A stretch of 42,539 bases of DNA from Phoronis australis (GCA_002633005.1 NMRA01000108.1:1-42539); one strand, 5' to 3'; shown: positions 11,937 through 24,581, numbered from the stretch's first letter. Numbers and translations are program-made. Notes: generated by a model not told the origin, from the letters alone.

Positions 11937-14699
11937 CTGTGAAATATTTATTTGTAGAGCTGTGACCCTGAAATTCCCAATACAACTTAAAATATTTATT
12001 ATTCTTGTTGTTTTATTTGTCCCCAATAAAATTATTTTAGATGTTCACAATTCCACCTAAGAGCAAAACTAAGCTTTATTTCAAAAAAATCCGTGACATG
12101 TCAAGTTCCCGCATCTGCCTGACTTTCTTTAGCAGTGACTCTTAGGTGGTTCCAAAAACGGGAACGTATATTAACACAAGACAATCCAAAATCATACTTG
12201 ATTGAATGGTTATTGCTAACTATACCTTTTCAGTACCGAAGACCCACGGGGAACACTAATCCTGTAAAGGTGTAAATCTTCAGGGTAGCAATTTTTCAGT
12301 TGCTCATCAAAGGTTGCACCGGTTTACCGAGCCGTAAAAATGATCTTCTGTTGAACAAGTTGTATTCAAATAAAACCCAGTTCCAAGTCAATATTTTAGG
12401 GTGTTCCTAAGCGTGTAACTTTGAGAAATCCTACATTTTGGCCAATTATTGAATGCACGGAAATGTATAATGGCTTTGCTGTAGGAGTGTTTTCGCCAAC
12501 CTCTACTCAACAGTTCTTGAAGCAACTTTTCAACCAGTTGTTTTACAATCATCATGGAGACTTCGTTTTTAGTGATGATGATTGCAAAGTAAAGGAATGA
12601 AGCGTTGCAGGTTCAGCTGAGAATGGGCCAGAAGATTCCAACATCACTGACACAATATGAATTCGAGATGTACATGTACATGGAAATGCTATATAGGGCT
12701 AGGAATGCAATTGTCTAATCTGAGCATCAAATGTAAACCACTAGCAGATCCATAATTTCAAAAGGGGTACTTGCAGTGGTGCTACGAATTTGAAATACAG
12801 ACAGACAGACTACGAAACTGTTAAATTATTTTATACGTAAGGTTTCGGTCAAGTTAAGTGTTTTATTATCGAAAGCGAATGTAAACCCTGAGTTGTAAAA
12901 CAGAGAAAAACACACCAGTGCAGTATTTACGACATATGAAATTTGTACAACAAAGCCTTTGGTCGTGGTTGACATCGAGCTATGGGTAGGGCACTTTAGG
13001 TTCCCACATGTAAATTGAGTATACTGCATATGTGTATTATACAAGTGTGGGTGTTCAAGCTGGTTGTCAATGTTAAGTTTAGGTGATCATTGCTCAAATT
13101 TACTATATTGCACGAAAATACATCAAGAAACTTGGTTGATATAGAGGCACACATAAAGAAAACCTAAATTGCCATTAGGAGGCACCAAAAGAGGTCGCCC
13201 AATCAACAATCACTGTCAGTCGTGCTCATCTCAATGAAAAAAAAATTCTGTACAGATTACATAGGTACGCCAGGAAATGGAAATATATGGCTGTCGCCAT
13301 AACTGAAACCTATTAACGAATTTTCATGAAACTCAGTCAAGGAACTTGCTAGATAAAGAGACTAACATGAAGAAGTAAAGTTGCCACTAGGGGCCCTGTG
13401 GTAGTCAAGGACATCCCAAAACTCCCTTGTGTCATCTCATTTGCAATATTTCATTTACCAAGGGTTTAGAGATGCAGCAGCAGATGCCAGACCAAAAGAC
13501 GGGGATGACAGCATAATGACCTACAGACGGAAGCTTGCATGCAAGCAGTCATACAGAACAAGGCAAAAGTACCCAGACTAGATAAATCTTTGTCTGCTTG
13601 ACGACTAGTCCTGTTAATGCAAATATGACTGGTAATAACTATTACAGCGGCTAATTACACAATGTCTTAGCCACCATACTAACTTTCCTGTTTTCCTTCA
13701 TTCTCAGCCACAAAGGAAAACCACTTTGACGACGAATTCTACTTCTGCCCCAGCCGTCATGGCAAGGAATTCCGACCGGGATTTCCGGGTCATTTTGTCT
13801 GAATACGTTTGGCATGTATAGTATATTAATGTACACAGATAACCTGGAAACGACAGTTAAAAGGGACACTCTCGGCATGAGAAGTGATTTTACAGAAAAT
13901 ATGGAATCACACTCACTTGCAATATTACTTTATAGCAGTAGACAAACCATGAAGTGCACAACAAGAATACAGGAACACTGATGATTATGATCTACATGGC
14001 ACTGCTCAAGATATTCCACCAGAAGTTCTATGATTGTGTCCTGCATTTCTCGTTTGATACGAACACCTCACTGGATCACCTTTTTAGCGGTTTTCATGCC
14101 AACGCTGAACGCATCAGTCAAAAACGTGTTTACGTTTTCAGTCATTATTTCAGACCTTCATGCTGACTTTAGAGCCCACCCCAGTGTGAACACAACTCAC
14201 ACACTGTATGCAATCTCGTTCACACAAATCAAACACGGCTTTTGCAACCAAAAATCAGTTCAAAAACTCATGTGACTAAGAATCGTGTTCATGACTCAGG
14301 GAAGAGTGTGTGAAGAGTGTTTATAGATACCCAAGCTGCGTTTGGAGTCCATGACCTGTGTTTCTTAGAAGATGCAAGACTTGGGGTCATGCTTTTTGGA
14401 TGGGAAGCCATGTTTTGTGAATTCTCAAAATGAGCTTACAAACCCAGACTCTGTGTTCATAACTCCACGTCAAAAAATTCAGTCTAAATTTATGAGAATG
14501 TCCAAGCCATGACTGCATAGGCTGTTGAGTAACATGTTCCACATCTTCATTTTTGTTGGATTGTAATATAGAATATCACACAGCACATTTCCATGTTGAC
14601 TATTATGTCAAGTAGGAACAGCCAGTGACTAAAATGCATAGCAAAGGTTATATAATGTCAAAATTATGGATTTTTGAGGCCAAATTGAGTTCAACGAGC

Positions 14700-15635
14700 A
14701 TGCTGTTAGATCATGAACTTCACCTTCTATTTCAATACCAGTGTCATTGGCAGCCCACTTTCCCTGCACAACATCATAGACATGATCTTTACGTTTTGTT
14801 GGCTGTTTATCAAGCCAGCCTATGCTAACGTGCTGCTTGTGTTCGTTTCCAGAGGCAAAAGTGGACACCGTATCATCTTTGTCTTTCCATTGCTGAAACT
14901 ATTGAAAAGTTTCAATGAGGATGCATCATGACGTTCCTCAATCTCTAGTTCCACTGTTTGCAATCAGAAGCAGGATTCTCCAAAAGCATCCCACATCCGA
15001 TCCCATACTCTTTCCAAGAAACCAATTTTCCTGTTGAAATAGGTAACTTAGTTGTAAGCATTATAATACAAGTCATTTCAAAAAAACAAGCTAAGAAAGA
15101 ATATGCCACTCAAAGTGGCCATAAACCCAAGAGGCCTTCCATCACATATTAAACTTTAGCTTTAGACCACGTACACATCTGAACTTGTTCTCAGATGGTA
15201 TGACTAATCACAGTGAGATTTCTGAGAAAACCAGGAACAATCAAAATTGCATACAGCCCATACTTTGAATTGTTACATAGCTCACCTTCAAGTGAGAAGT
15301 TATTCAGTTGACGTATTCCTGGGATTGAGTGGTGAACATCCTTTGCATATTTGAGGCTGCAAACGTACACCTTACAACCTGGATACTGCAATACTGGCAG
15401 TGCCAGCTTCAGGATCAACGAAAATTCAGTAGTAAACAGCATACGCATCAGGTACTTTGGACATAGAATTTTTTGCTCAAACAGGCTGGCCAGCTCCTTT
15501 GTCTCCCACACGTCTATTCGTGCCAGATTGCCAATCAAGTCCCATTCTTCCAAGTGAGATGGTGCGTTGACACTTTTCAGATATTTGACAATATCTTTGC
15601 TTCAAGTAACACAGCGGCTCGTTGGCCACCGCCAT
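14700..15635 (-). pseudogene. Decayed transposase-like gene remnant of the outer TTAA element
   Basis: ORF 15191-15553 (EEWDLIGNLAR...LCPKY...IPGIRQLNNFSLEG) and WKEYGIGCG near 14990-15020 are homologous to 2450-4042. Confidence 0.55.
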
Positions 15636-17732
15636 TTTGCTTCAGAGCGTGACTTACTTTCGTGAACCTCATTCGGTTTCTTAGCAAAATCTGAATAACG
15701 CAATATTTCGCTAAATGAACGCTCGAACCAATTCTGGTTATGTTGAATAAAACTTAATGTGATTTTTTATTACAATTCACTTCCAATTTGGATCATATTT
15801 GCATTTGTTCTGCTTTGCCGCCCTCTATTGTTGGCAGTATGAAAGAGGTGAAAGCGGTGAAAGTGCCTTAGCTCAAGTGTAAAGTCGAGAATTCAAAAAG
15901 GTGCTGTCCAGAAAAATAAAGATATCTTGTCAAAGACAAACGCTGTTAGTAGCTATCACAGAACCTATGTGTGAGAGGTGAGCGATTTTGCGCGCTTGAA
16001 TTACTATAGGCCTCTATGTAGATCTAAATGAGTAGTTGTTTTTGGACAAAGCGAGGCATTCAAAAGTTCCAGAAAATTATCAAAATACGTCATTCTGATT
16101 TATTTTTGACATTTCCAATTTCAAAAAAATAGTTCTGCATAGCTCAATCAATTTGGATTTCTTAAACGCCTGCAAAGTGATTTAATTCCCATGGAAACAT
16201 AAGGCATTTTAAACAGCCGCGCACTAGGGGTTACGGCCAATTTTCCAAAGTGACGAAAGACAAAACTAGTTTTTATGTTTCTGTAGGTAATTCACCCCAC
16301 GTGATATGTATAGTATATGAAAATTTCAAATTCGTGACATGTCATGTTCCCAGAATATTGCAAATGCAAATTGCCTGACGTTCTCATGAAGTGACTCTTC
16401 AGCCTTCTTTAATCGCTGAAATTGGTGGAAACGTTGAAAGAATCCAACACGCATGGGAAAAAGTGTCTCACCACCACGATGTCCTGCTGCTTGACACGCG
16501 GCAAATTGACACACTATCGTAGTTTCCCACGCGCCATAGCTCATTTTTTTCCGTTTTGTTAAAAGTAAAAACGAGATATTTCATGGGTTTTTGCAGTACC
16601 CATAATTTTCCCGTCGACAAAAAAATACAAAAACGGCGTCGGGCACTTTATGGTGTTGCGTCTCCCGTTAGACAAAAGAGTTGTAGGGATGTTTGCAGCG
16701 ACATTTTACTGTTGTGTTTTGGTTTCAACCCAGATGTCCCAGATTTTATCCGGAAGTCCTGATTTTCAATGCAGTTTTTCTGTTTATTTTATTCTCGAAT
16801 GCTGGCCGTGACAACTATGGAACAGATTTTAAAAATCATAATGTCTGATTCTTATGGATATCTTGGTTTTCCATAGTCCACTTTCTCCAGTAACATATCA
16901 GTCATATAGTATTTGTAATGCTTCTTGTTTACAGTAAGATACTTTATATGTATCAGGATTACTAATTTAGTTCTCCTTTTCAACCAATGTATCAAGCTAT
17001 TCACAATACATTCCAGTGATAAGAAACTAGGACGCAAGTTTGTCGCATCGATCTCGATCGATAGGCTTATCCGTTGTTATGAATAATGCAATTGCATCAA
17101 AACAATAGGAACAATGGCTATTGCAGTTGGACAATGCTTTTCTAAATCAACCGATGTCGCCACCCGCGCTTGATATCTCAAGAGTCGGTCTAAACCCCGG
17201 TGTGAAACAGATATGCCGGAGTCTAAAACAGAATCCTGCACCTTCAAAACAGCTAACCAGCCTGAAAAACGACAAAACGAATCCCGAAAAACAGGAGCCC
17301 GGGGATCGTACAGACAATCCTACATTTTTTTTTAAACTTAACAGCATTCCCAAAATTTGGAGTTAAAGATGTCCAAGTACTTTCCAGTTGTTTTCTGCAT
17401 AGTGTTTGTCAACAATTTTCAATAATTAGACGTAACGTATATGTTTGTTTGACTTTTTACTTGATCTCATCGGTGAAATTAATGCAACTTGTCTGTGGCA
17501 GAGTGTCAACATAACCTACATGTATACCGTCAACAGGCTATTATCTCAGTCGGTGAATATTTAGTTAACTTCAGATTATCGGGTAGTATCTTCAAACATG
17601 TTTAAAAAATGGAAAACTGAAATGTTTTTTCTCAACGCTCGATTTGTGCCACCTCAGATTTTGTTCGGCGACCTGGGTTTTCAAGTCTCCATGAGATCGA
17701 CTCTGCGAATATCAAAGTCAGACAATATTTCC

Positions 17733-18585
17733 GGACTGTTCTAAAACCTCCTCGACCCTCCCCCCCAAACACCAAGCCCCACAACCCGCTCGACCCACGA
17801 CCCATCGACCCGCGACCCCCATCACCCCTCGACCCGTTCGACCTACATGTACGACCCACTCCATCCGCGACCCACCACAACCTCGACCCACGGTCTACAG
17901 CCCCCTCCACCCAGTCTACTCAGGCTAGACTCCATCTGAAACTAGTGCTGACTGGCAGGACCCAGGACCAACGAGTCTCGCACTGAGCTCCGCTGGCATT
18001 TCCCTGTTCTTTGCAATGAATTCAGTCGATACGGCAAATTTGAAACCAAAAAAGACAAAAAGGCAACTTGACTAAACCAAATCAGAGACCTAACAACGTT
18101 ACAAATCGCCGTACCCGGTAAAGTGTAATCGTCTAGTTCGTACTTCAGTGAATGGCAGATTCAAGCGTTTTTCGAAGAGTGCGAGGAAAAGACGAATATA
18201 CAATTTTGTCAATACATCCTGTTTAAAAATCAAACTCTTACATAAAAAGTACCTAAACGTTCCATGGAGTGTTTTGTTAACGATTACACAATAGAAATCA
18301 AATACTAAACGTATGTCTTAATGTGCATTCACGTTTTTGTAAACTCCTCAAGTTTAGCAGAACAGGGCCATCAGTAGCCGCAAGTGAAACTATTTTCGTG
18401 ACAAAGACACATGTAGCACGCTCAAAATCCGCTATATCAGATCACGTTGTTTAGCCACTTTTTGTTTTTAACCACCAAACGTGGGCCAGAGTAGGTAGCG
18501 GGTCGTGGAGTGAGTGGTTCGAAGACCTTGTTGTTCAAAAAGGTCGTGGGGTGTGGGGGTAGCAATACGGGTTTTAGAAAAATCC
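17733..18585. mobile_element. Mutator-like (9-bp TSD) non-autonomous element
   Basis: TIRs GGACTGTTCTAAAACC / GGTTTTAGAAAAATCC; perfect 9-bp TSD AATATTTCC (17724-17732, 18586-18594); subterminal CGACCC repeats on the left are mirrored by GGTCGTGG on the right. Confidence 0.8.
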
Positions 18586-20644
18586 AATATTTCCCGGTAA
18601 ATTCGTTCCAAGGTTCGTGTGGTATTCCAAATTTGAAATTACTAATGGTGTTCCTACAATGTACATTCATTACCTTTGATTCGCAATTGTTCCGTTTATT
18701 TCGTGAATTGAAGGCACTTGCAACCATGTTAAGATTAGAACAGGAAGTACATGTATATCGAAATTGTTCGGCAAAAATTGAGGGATGAGGAAGGAGTACG
18801 TCTGCAACGAAAATGTATGTTGTTACAGGCGTACGACTTTATGGTTGACGGAAATTTACGCAAAATAGGGAACCTCAGTCGTCCGCGACGATGGTTTCTC
18901 TTTCAATTTTTGGGACAACAAATTTCGTTTGGAGACTTGGGATTTTTGCCAGGTCTCCAAATTCGACTTGGTGTTTAGTTAAGCGTCTAGTGCTGTTTCA
19001 ACTTTCGAGAGGCATTGTTGATTAATTTGTTGAGACATGTACTCAACTTCGAGGAACAAGAACAATTAATTTGAGAATTGGGGAAAATAAAGTAGACAAT
19101 ATGTGACGCAATACTTCATGGCGCCGAAAGCCGACACAAAACGTAGCCTCGAAATGGGGCTATTCGGAAATTTTCCATTAACTTGAGGGCGCGCGTGTAC
19201 TAGATGTGATACATGTAAATTAAGCAGCCTCGATTTCGCGAGCCCTTTAAATACATGAGGAAATGGCTTGCAGCCGTGCCAACTGAATTTGAAATTGCGT
19301 GAAAAGGGTGATTCTATGAGAGGGGGTAACCACGATCTTCTACAAAGGTAAGGTTTGTGATTATTTTAACGATTATTTCATGTTTATTCTACTGATGCCT
19401 GTGAACTGAGGTACTCGCCGGTGTCGACTTCGCGGCAGTCGCCAGTTGGGTTAATCTTTGTTTGTTGTGATGTGTGTTACTATACTTGACATAGCACTCG
19501 AGATCTTTTCGTACATCCAAGCAGTATTAGTGTTTGGAATGATTTCTAACAGATTCATCAGTGACAGGTACATCAATCAATGCTGAAGGTTTATGCTGTC
19601 AACTCGATAATGATTAGGGAGTTATGACAAAGTGTAGGTGACAAATATACACTAGACTATTTGCTTACTCCCTATCCTATGTCTTACGGTAATCTATTAC
19701 ACGTTGAAATGGAAATCTGTCATGCTTGTTTTCAAGTGCCCTTTGGTTTTTAGGTTTGAGGGCTTGTACCGTTCAGAGGAGATATGCATCGCTTCTGCAC
19801 CGTCCCCGAATGGATAAAATTGGTTTGAAGCAGTTGACTGCAGCCAATTAGCACAATCTTCCTATCCAGTGCAGATCAGTTGTCAAAGTTGTGAAAATTG
19901 CCTTTTGATGGTGCCTTACGATTTGTACTTACTCATAAACAACAGAGAGATTATTCATCAATTTTTAAATGACCCAAGTCTTCATATCTTATATTAGAAG
20001 AAAAATAAATAGACTGAGAAACGGTTCCCTCAGTCTTAGACAAGAAGTGTGCTTGACAGGCCCATGAATCTGTAATCGGAGTTTAAATTGTTGAAAGTAT
20101 CACAAATAAAAAAGGCTTGAAAATGGGTAGCAAAGGTTTGAAGTGATGCATTTAAAGAATAGTTACGGCTACGAATGAAAAATAACGACGCAGTTTTATA
20201 CAGTACTTATTGTACATGTATATACCCTTGCTTTCTGAAAATAATAATTATTTAATTTTGTGTGAAATTGTAGAGCAATCACCGTATCATATTTTTGAAA
20301 AACATGGGTAACAGTTTTGACCCAACCTAGAGTACGTAATTATTCATATTTCAATATTTGTTCCAGGTTCAGTGACATTTTAAGACCACTTCAAACCGCA
20401 ACATAGACAAGCTTTGTTACTCCTTGCTCTTCACACAACAGTGCCACACATCAGCAGTGGTGCATGGCACGATGTACAAGTCAGTGGCCCTGGAGAAATG
20501 TGAATGGCAGTACTAAGTTACCGTAAGACAATATGCCAGTGGATTTTTCGCGTATGAAAAGGAATTATATCTGACTGCAACATAAGGCAGCTCGTTGGTG
20601 AGGATGGCCTTTCATAGGCAATGAGTCATGAGTGTATAATATGA

Positions 20645-20890
20645 CCTTTCCTGGAAGAAACATGAGGGATTTAAGCTTAAAAAAGACCAAGTGACACTCT
20701 GGTCTAGTTCAGGGACAGATTTTTGGCACAAAACGAGTCAAGTGATATGCTGTTGTGTTTACCTTCAAGGATCTGATTGTAGATGTTATTGAGGCTAAAT
20801 GAGGATACATGAAGGAAAGCCACGTGCCGAAAGTGGACCTGTTTTACAAGCGCTTCTATAGGCCATTGAAACTAGATCCAAGTGAAATGA
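20645..20890 (+). pseudogene. YqaJ-like (lambda exonuclease family) domain remnant of transposon origin
   Basis: The frame from 20701 reads GLVQGQIFGTKRVK*YAVVFTFKDLIVDVIEAK*GYMKESHVPKVDLFYKRFYRP, matching the C-terminal YqaJ pattern (QVQGQ...FVV.T.KD...PKL..FY); contains internal stops. Confidence 0.6.
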
Positions 20891-22534
20891 AAACCAAATG
20901 CATCTGGTATAAATACCTGTCCTTTATCACTGAGTAACATTAACTTTTCCTTTCAGAAGAAAGGTAAAAACTTTAAATTTGGTACACATTATGAGGAAAT
21001 GGCATTCAGTGACTGCCTCGATTGTCTTATTCTCCGTAGAACGCCCGTTAATGTTATACTTTGATGATTGAATAAATTTTTCATCAACAGGCAAGTTTGT
21101 CATTAATTATTGAAACCGCAATATATCTTCAGTTTTAAAGCCCCATACAGTGTAATTGTGCATACTCTTTATAAAGCTGAAATGATAACCGATTACGCTT
21201 GCGACTTGTCATTTTCCTGTTGACCTATAGAACTGTGCAGCGATCAAAACGAAGTATTCCGTTTGTTTGCATGTAATTTGTTTCCGTGTGTAATTATTTT
21301 TAGAGCTTTCTTAAAGGAGAATGCCACAACCTGTTTTGCATCAATTTAGATCGAGTAGTTCCACTCGATAACAGCCAGTTCAGTTGTTTTACATGACACC
21401 TTACGGCAGACGGAGGTGTTGAAATTAACCAATGACGTAATAGGTTCGAACGCAGTCTAGTGAGCCGTTCACAACACGCTTACTCGTGTCAACTTATCGC
21501 TTGAATTTATTGTTTTACACAAATAAATCATCAAAATTCGATTTAAAACCCTTACACATACATCGAGTTTTTGAACAGACGGGTTGTTTTATTTCACTGA
21601 TACGGATTTATAGGAATTTGAACGCACCATAGCCTACACTGAGAGTTTGGTCGATCGCGGGAGTTGGGTCTGTTTGGTGGTAAATTCAAACCATTCTTCC
21701 ATGAAACACAGACCAGAAAACATAGCTGTGTGTTGTACTTTTAGACTTGCGTTTTTTTCAATTCTAAACACGCAAAACTTTTGTTATCCCAGCTTGTGGC
21801 TCAGAACCCGATCTGCCGGGCCCGTCGCGGCCGCCGGGACTCGGTGGACATCACGAACATAAACCAGTTTAAGTTGGAAAGTAAACCTACAGTCACGAAA
21901 AGAGTATAAAAGTAAGCCCAACAAATAACGTCAACGTAATTATTTTGGTAAATTAGCCTCTAAACTGAAAATCTACTTACTTGTCGGGGGCCGCCTGGTA
22001 AGGTTCCCCTAACTGTCAGAGGGCAAACGTTGTACTGCCAGTAACAATGATTTGAATAATGTGATTGTATATCTAAATAAAAATTCCCCTAACATGTGAC
22101 CATAGCATATGAAATCGAGTAATTGTTTCACAACAGCTTTCCGTCAGCAAACACTGAATTAACATGCGCTCACACGGTCTCGGTGCCCGGTCAATTACCA
22201 GATGTACCTAACTGAAATAGCTCAGTGGTTTATTCATTGCTGGCTCACGAATACTCCAAAAGCAGCACAAATTGCATCTAATGAGACAGACTTTGTTTTA
22301 AATAAGCATTGGTTAGGTGAGAATAACTCCTTTTGAAACAGAAGGCAGAATTGAAACGTCACTTGGCAACCCGACTTAAACGAAAGCTCATCATACAAAG
22401 ACTTCTTAGGTGGATTGTTAGGTTTCACAAGCTATCGAAATACATTGATCAAGAAATACTAGAGCGGCGCCGTAAACATGCACAGGTAACAGAACGTATA
22501 GGTAGTTCTTTGTTAATCAGGTATTCGTCACAGA

Positions 22535-22739
22535 CTAATCACTGTGGACGAAATGCTGGCAACAGACACGGAGATATTTCGCGGCCTCATACTTGCTATT
22601 AACAGCATACTTTTCATTCTTCACTACCGCATGCCACTTCCTAAGCATTTTGGGCTCTTGAGGAAGTCGAAAAAACGACATACCCGCTTTTGTCGTAGCT
22701 TCTTAGTTCGTACAAGCGGGAACGGATGCACCGCAACAT
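22535..22739 (-). pseudogene. THAP zinc-finger domain remnant (transposase N-terminus)
   Basis: The minus strand reads MLRC/SVPACTN*EATTKAGMSFFRLPQEPKMLRKWHAVVKNEK...KYLRVCCQHFVHSD*, the C2CH THAP signature with conserved P, W and F; one frameshift and stops. Confidence 0.75.
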
Positions 22740-23851
22740 AGTGGAATTTATTCTGCAGATGAACCACTGACGTCGCCCACCTTCCTCACAGGTTAACGCA
22801 ATACGCAAGGTAATGGCGATGTGGATATAGACCGCCGGATTAAGACGTTTAAATTGACTAATTAAATCGGGTTGCATCTTAAGTTTTGTGTTAACTTGTC
22901 TACAACAAAAGTTCCGCATGCAAGAAAAGTATGTTTTTACACGTAGCTAGCTGGATAAGAATATGCTATGTACAAGATTCGAGAATTCACAATTATCAGT
23001 TTATTTGAAACAAAATGACAAACTGAACAACCACATACGTGTGGGGGCTTGGTTGGCCCGGGTGACCTTTCCTATCCTTGGGGCTCCTTTTTAAAGGTCA
23101 GAATTAGTATTCGTGTTTTTTGGACTGGTTAGCTGTTTTGGAAGTGCTGGAGACTATTTTTGACTCGTCTACGTTTTAGTACCGATGGAACACACTGCTA
23201 TTGTGTGGTGCACGGCTGAGGGTGATGATTCTCCAAAATCCACGAGGACTCTAGAAAAGGGGATAACGACTGAGAACATGTAATAATCTATTTATACCAC
23301 ATACTGAACGAGAAACATTGGAATGAATCGATCTAACTTCCTCGACTCGCCTCGGTTTTGTAACTACTTTCTATGTCAGAGGCCCGGGGTCGGAGGTCGT
23401 GACCTTTTAAAAAACGAGCTATTTTTGTCAAATAATGCTTTTACTCAAAACTAATTGTAAAATAAAACAAAATAGAAATAAAATTAATCTATAAGTTAAG
23501 GTTTAGCAACTATTATAGCTTACTACACATTTTATCACGCCAAGATTCGACCGGGAAAATATCGTAGTAAATGTATCGCCCGCTAATTTAAAGTAGGTTA
23601 CCACTAGTAACTGACTATAATGGTCATGTCAAAGGATCCCGACGACACAATACCCGCATTCAAATTGGAGATCCGTGATTTACAAGTGAGAGAACACGAG
23701 AGAAAATTTTCACTGAATTAAGATGTCTTTTTATTGAAATTATGCGTCTTATTTTTCATAGCGTGTAACTGTTGGTGCAACACCTTTTGCTGAACATGCT
23801 ATTGTTGCGCGCGGTCATTTAAGTATTCTATTTTCACGTTAGATGATGTCA

Positions 23852-23918
23852 GCCGCTGAGTGGTGTAGTGGTCATATCGGCGACACGAAACTCTTGACGC
23901 CCGGGTTCGAATCCTCCA
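23852..23918 (+). mobile_element. tRNA-derived SINE head or tRNA pseudogene
   Basis: Pol III A box TGGTGTAGTGG (23861) and B box GGTTCGAATCC (about 23904) at tRNA-like spacing; no intact cloverleaf. Confidence 0.6.
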
Positions 23919-24374
23919 AAATGTCATCACACTAGTGAGATAACTTTATGGGTTATTACACGGTTGTATCTGCCATTCGAGGCTAATATTACGGTATAAA
24001 ATATAAGAAGAAACAACATCCATCACATCGATACCATATTCTTCTGTATGGTACTACATGTATATCAGAGCATTGCAGTTAACCCAAAATCTTTAATTTC
24101 GGGATTCGACATGCTCACCCATTTTTGTCAGAGACTAGCAGATTTCTGACTAGTATATTTTGAAAATTATTGTACCACTGTACGTTTTAGCCCGCCCGGT
24201 AACAAAGATATAAGTGGTCGTGTAAATGACCTTTCGTCACCATTTCCAATTGGCATGAGCCCGAAAATCTAGTAGAATCATTCACTGACGAAACATTCAA
24301 TACACCAACATGTTGCTTAAGCTCGGCGGTGGAGTAACTTGAGACCATGAGTATTTAATTCGGAATGAACTTAC

Positions 24375-24581
24375 CATTTTTCATCGCTTGACAAGCACTG
24401 TGTAGAGCCACAATGCTAGAAGAGCAGGCAGTATCCAAAGATACAGAAGGACCGGTAAGGTTATAAACATATGATATTCTGTTGGAACAGATACTTGTAG
24501 CAGATCCAGTTACGGTGTTGTTTGAAATTGTACTATTTGGTCTTCCGCTGTTTATTACCTCAAGGTCGTGGTTCATCACAC
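24375..24581 (-). CDS. Type I polyketide synthase (animal PKS), coding exon 3: KS active site
   Basis: (G)VMNHDLEVINSGRPNSTISNNTVTGSATSICSNRISYVYNLTGPSVSLDTACSSSIVALHSACQAMKN(G); acceptor TTTTTCAG, donor GTAAGT; 207 nt, phase 1 to phase 1. Confidence 0.95.

Larger units (their letters stand above)
7228..12025 (+). mobile_element. Unclassified insertion of about 4.8 kb with TG...CA ends (giant solo-LTR-like or AATAAA-terminated element); contains the assembly gap
   Basis: Cleanly interrupts the inner TTAA element: homology to 888-1664 stops at about 7227 and resumes at about 12030. ATAA lies on both sides (7224-7227, 12026-12029). No recognisable ORF. A second copy of the 3' end is at 1-76. 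Confidence 0.7.
1669..12141 (+). mobile_element. Second copy of the same TTAA transposon family, inserted in inverted orientation into the first
   Basis: TIRs GAGTCATGAGAACGTC... (1669) and ...CTTTCTTTAGCAGTGACTC (12141); flanks TTAA (1665-1668) and TTAG (12142-12145). The empty site AGTAACG-TAAA-GTGGTTCC is present in this copy at about 6551-6569 (minus strand). Confidence 0.8.
888..16397 (-). mobile_element. TTAA-targeting DNA transposon (Kolobok-like), outer copy, decayed and non-autonomous
   Basis: Imperfect TIRs GATTCACTGCATGAGAAAG... (888) and ...CGTTCTCATGAAGTGACTC (16397), flanked by TTAA (884-887) and TTCA (16398-16401). The interior (888-1664 plus 12146-16397) is colinear with the reverse complement of the inner copy. 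Purine-purine termini plus TTAA fit Kolobok better than piggyBac. Strand is given by the transposase remnant. Confidence 0.75.

Noticed and set aside
21311-22012. TTAA-AGGAGAATGCC as the left end of another Kolobok-type element
   Set aside because: No convincing matching right TIR followed by TTAA.
22333-22602. Basic, helical-looking + strand ORF with an apparent CAG|GTAAC donor
   Set aside because: No recognisable motif or acceptor; it lies antisense to the THAP transposase remnant, which better explains the region.
23852-23925. Functional tRNA gene
   Set aside because: A and B boxes are present, but the acceptor and anticodon stems do not pair; treated as a SINE head or pseudogene.
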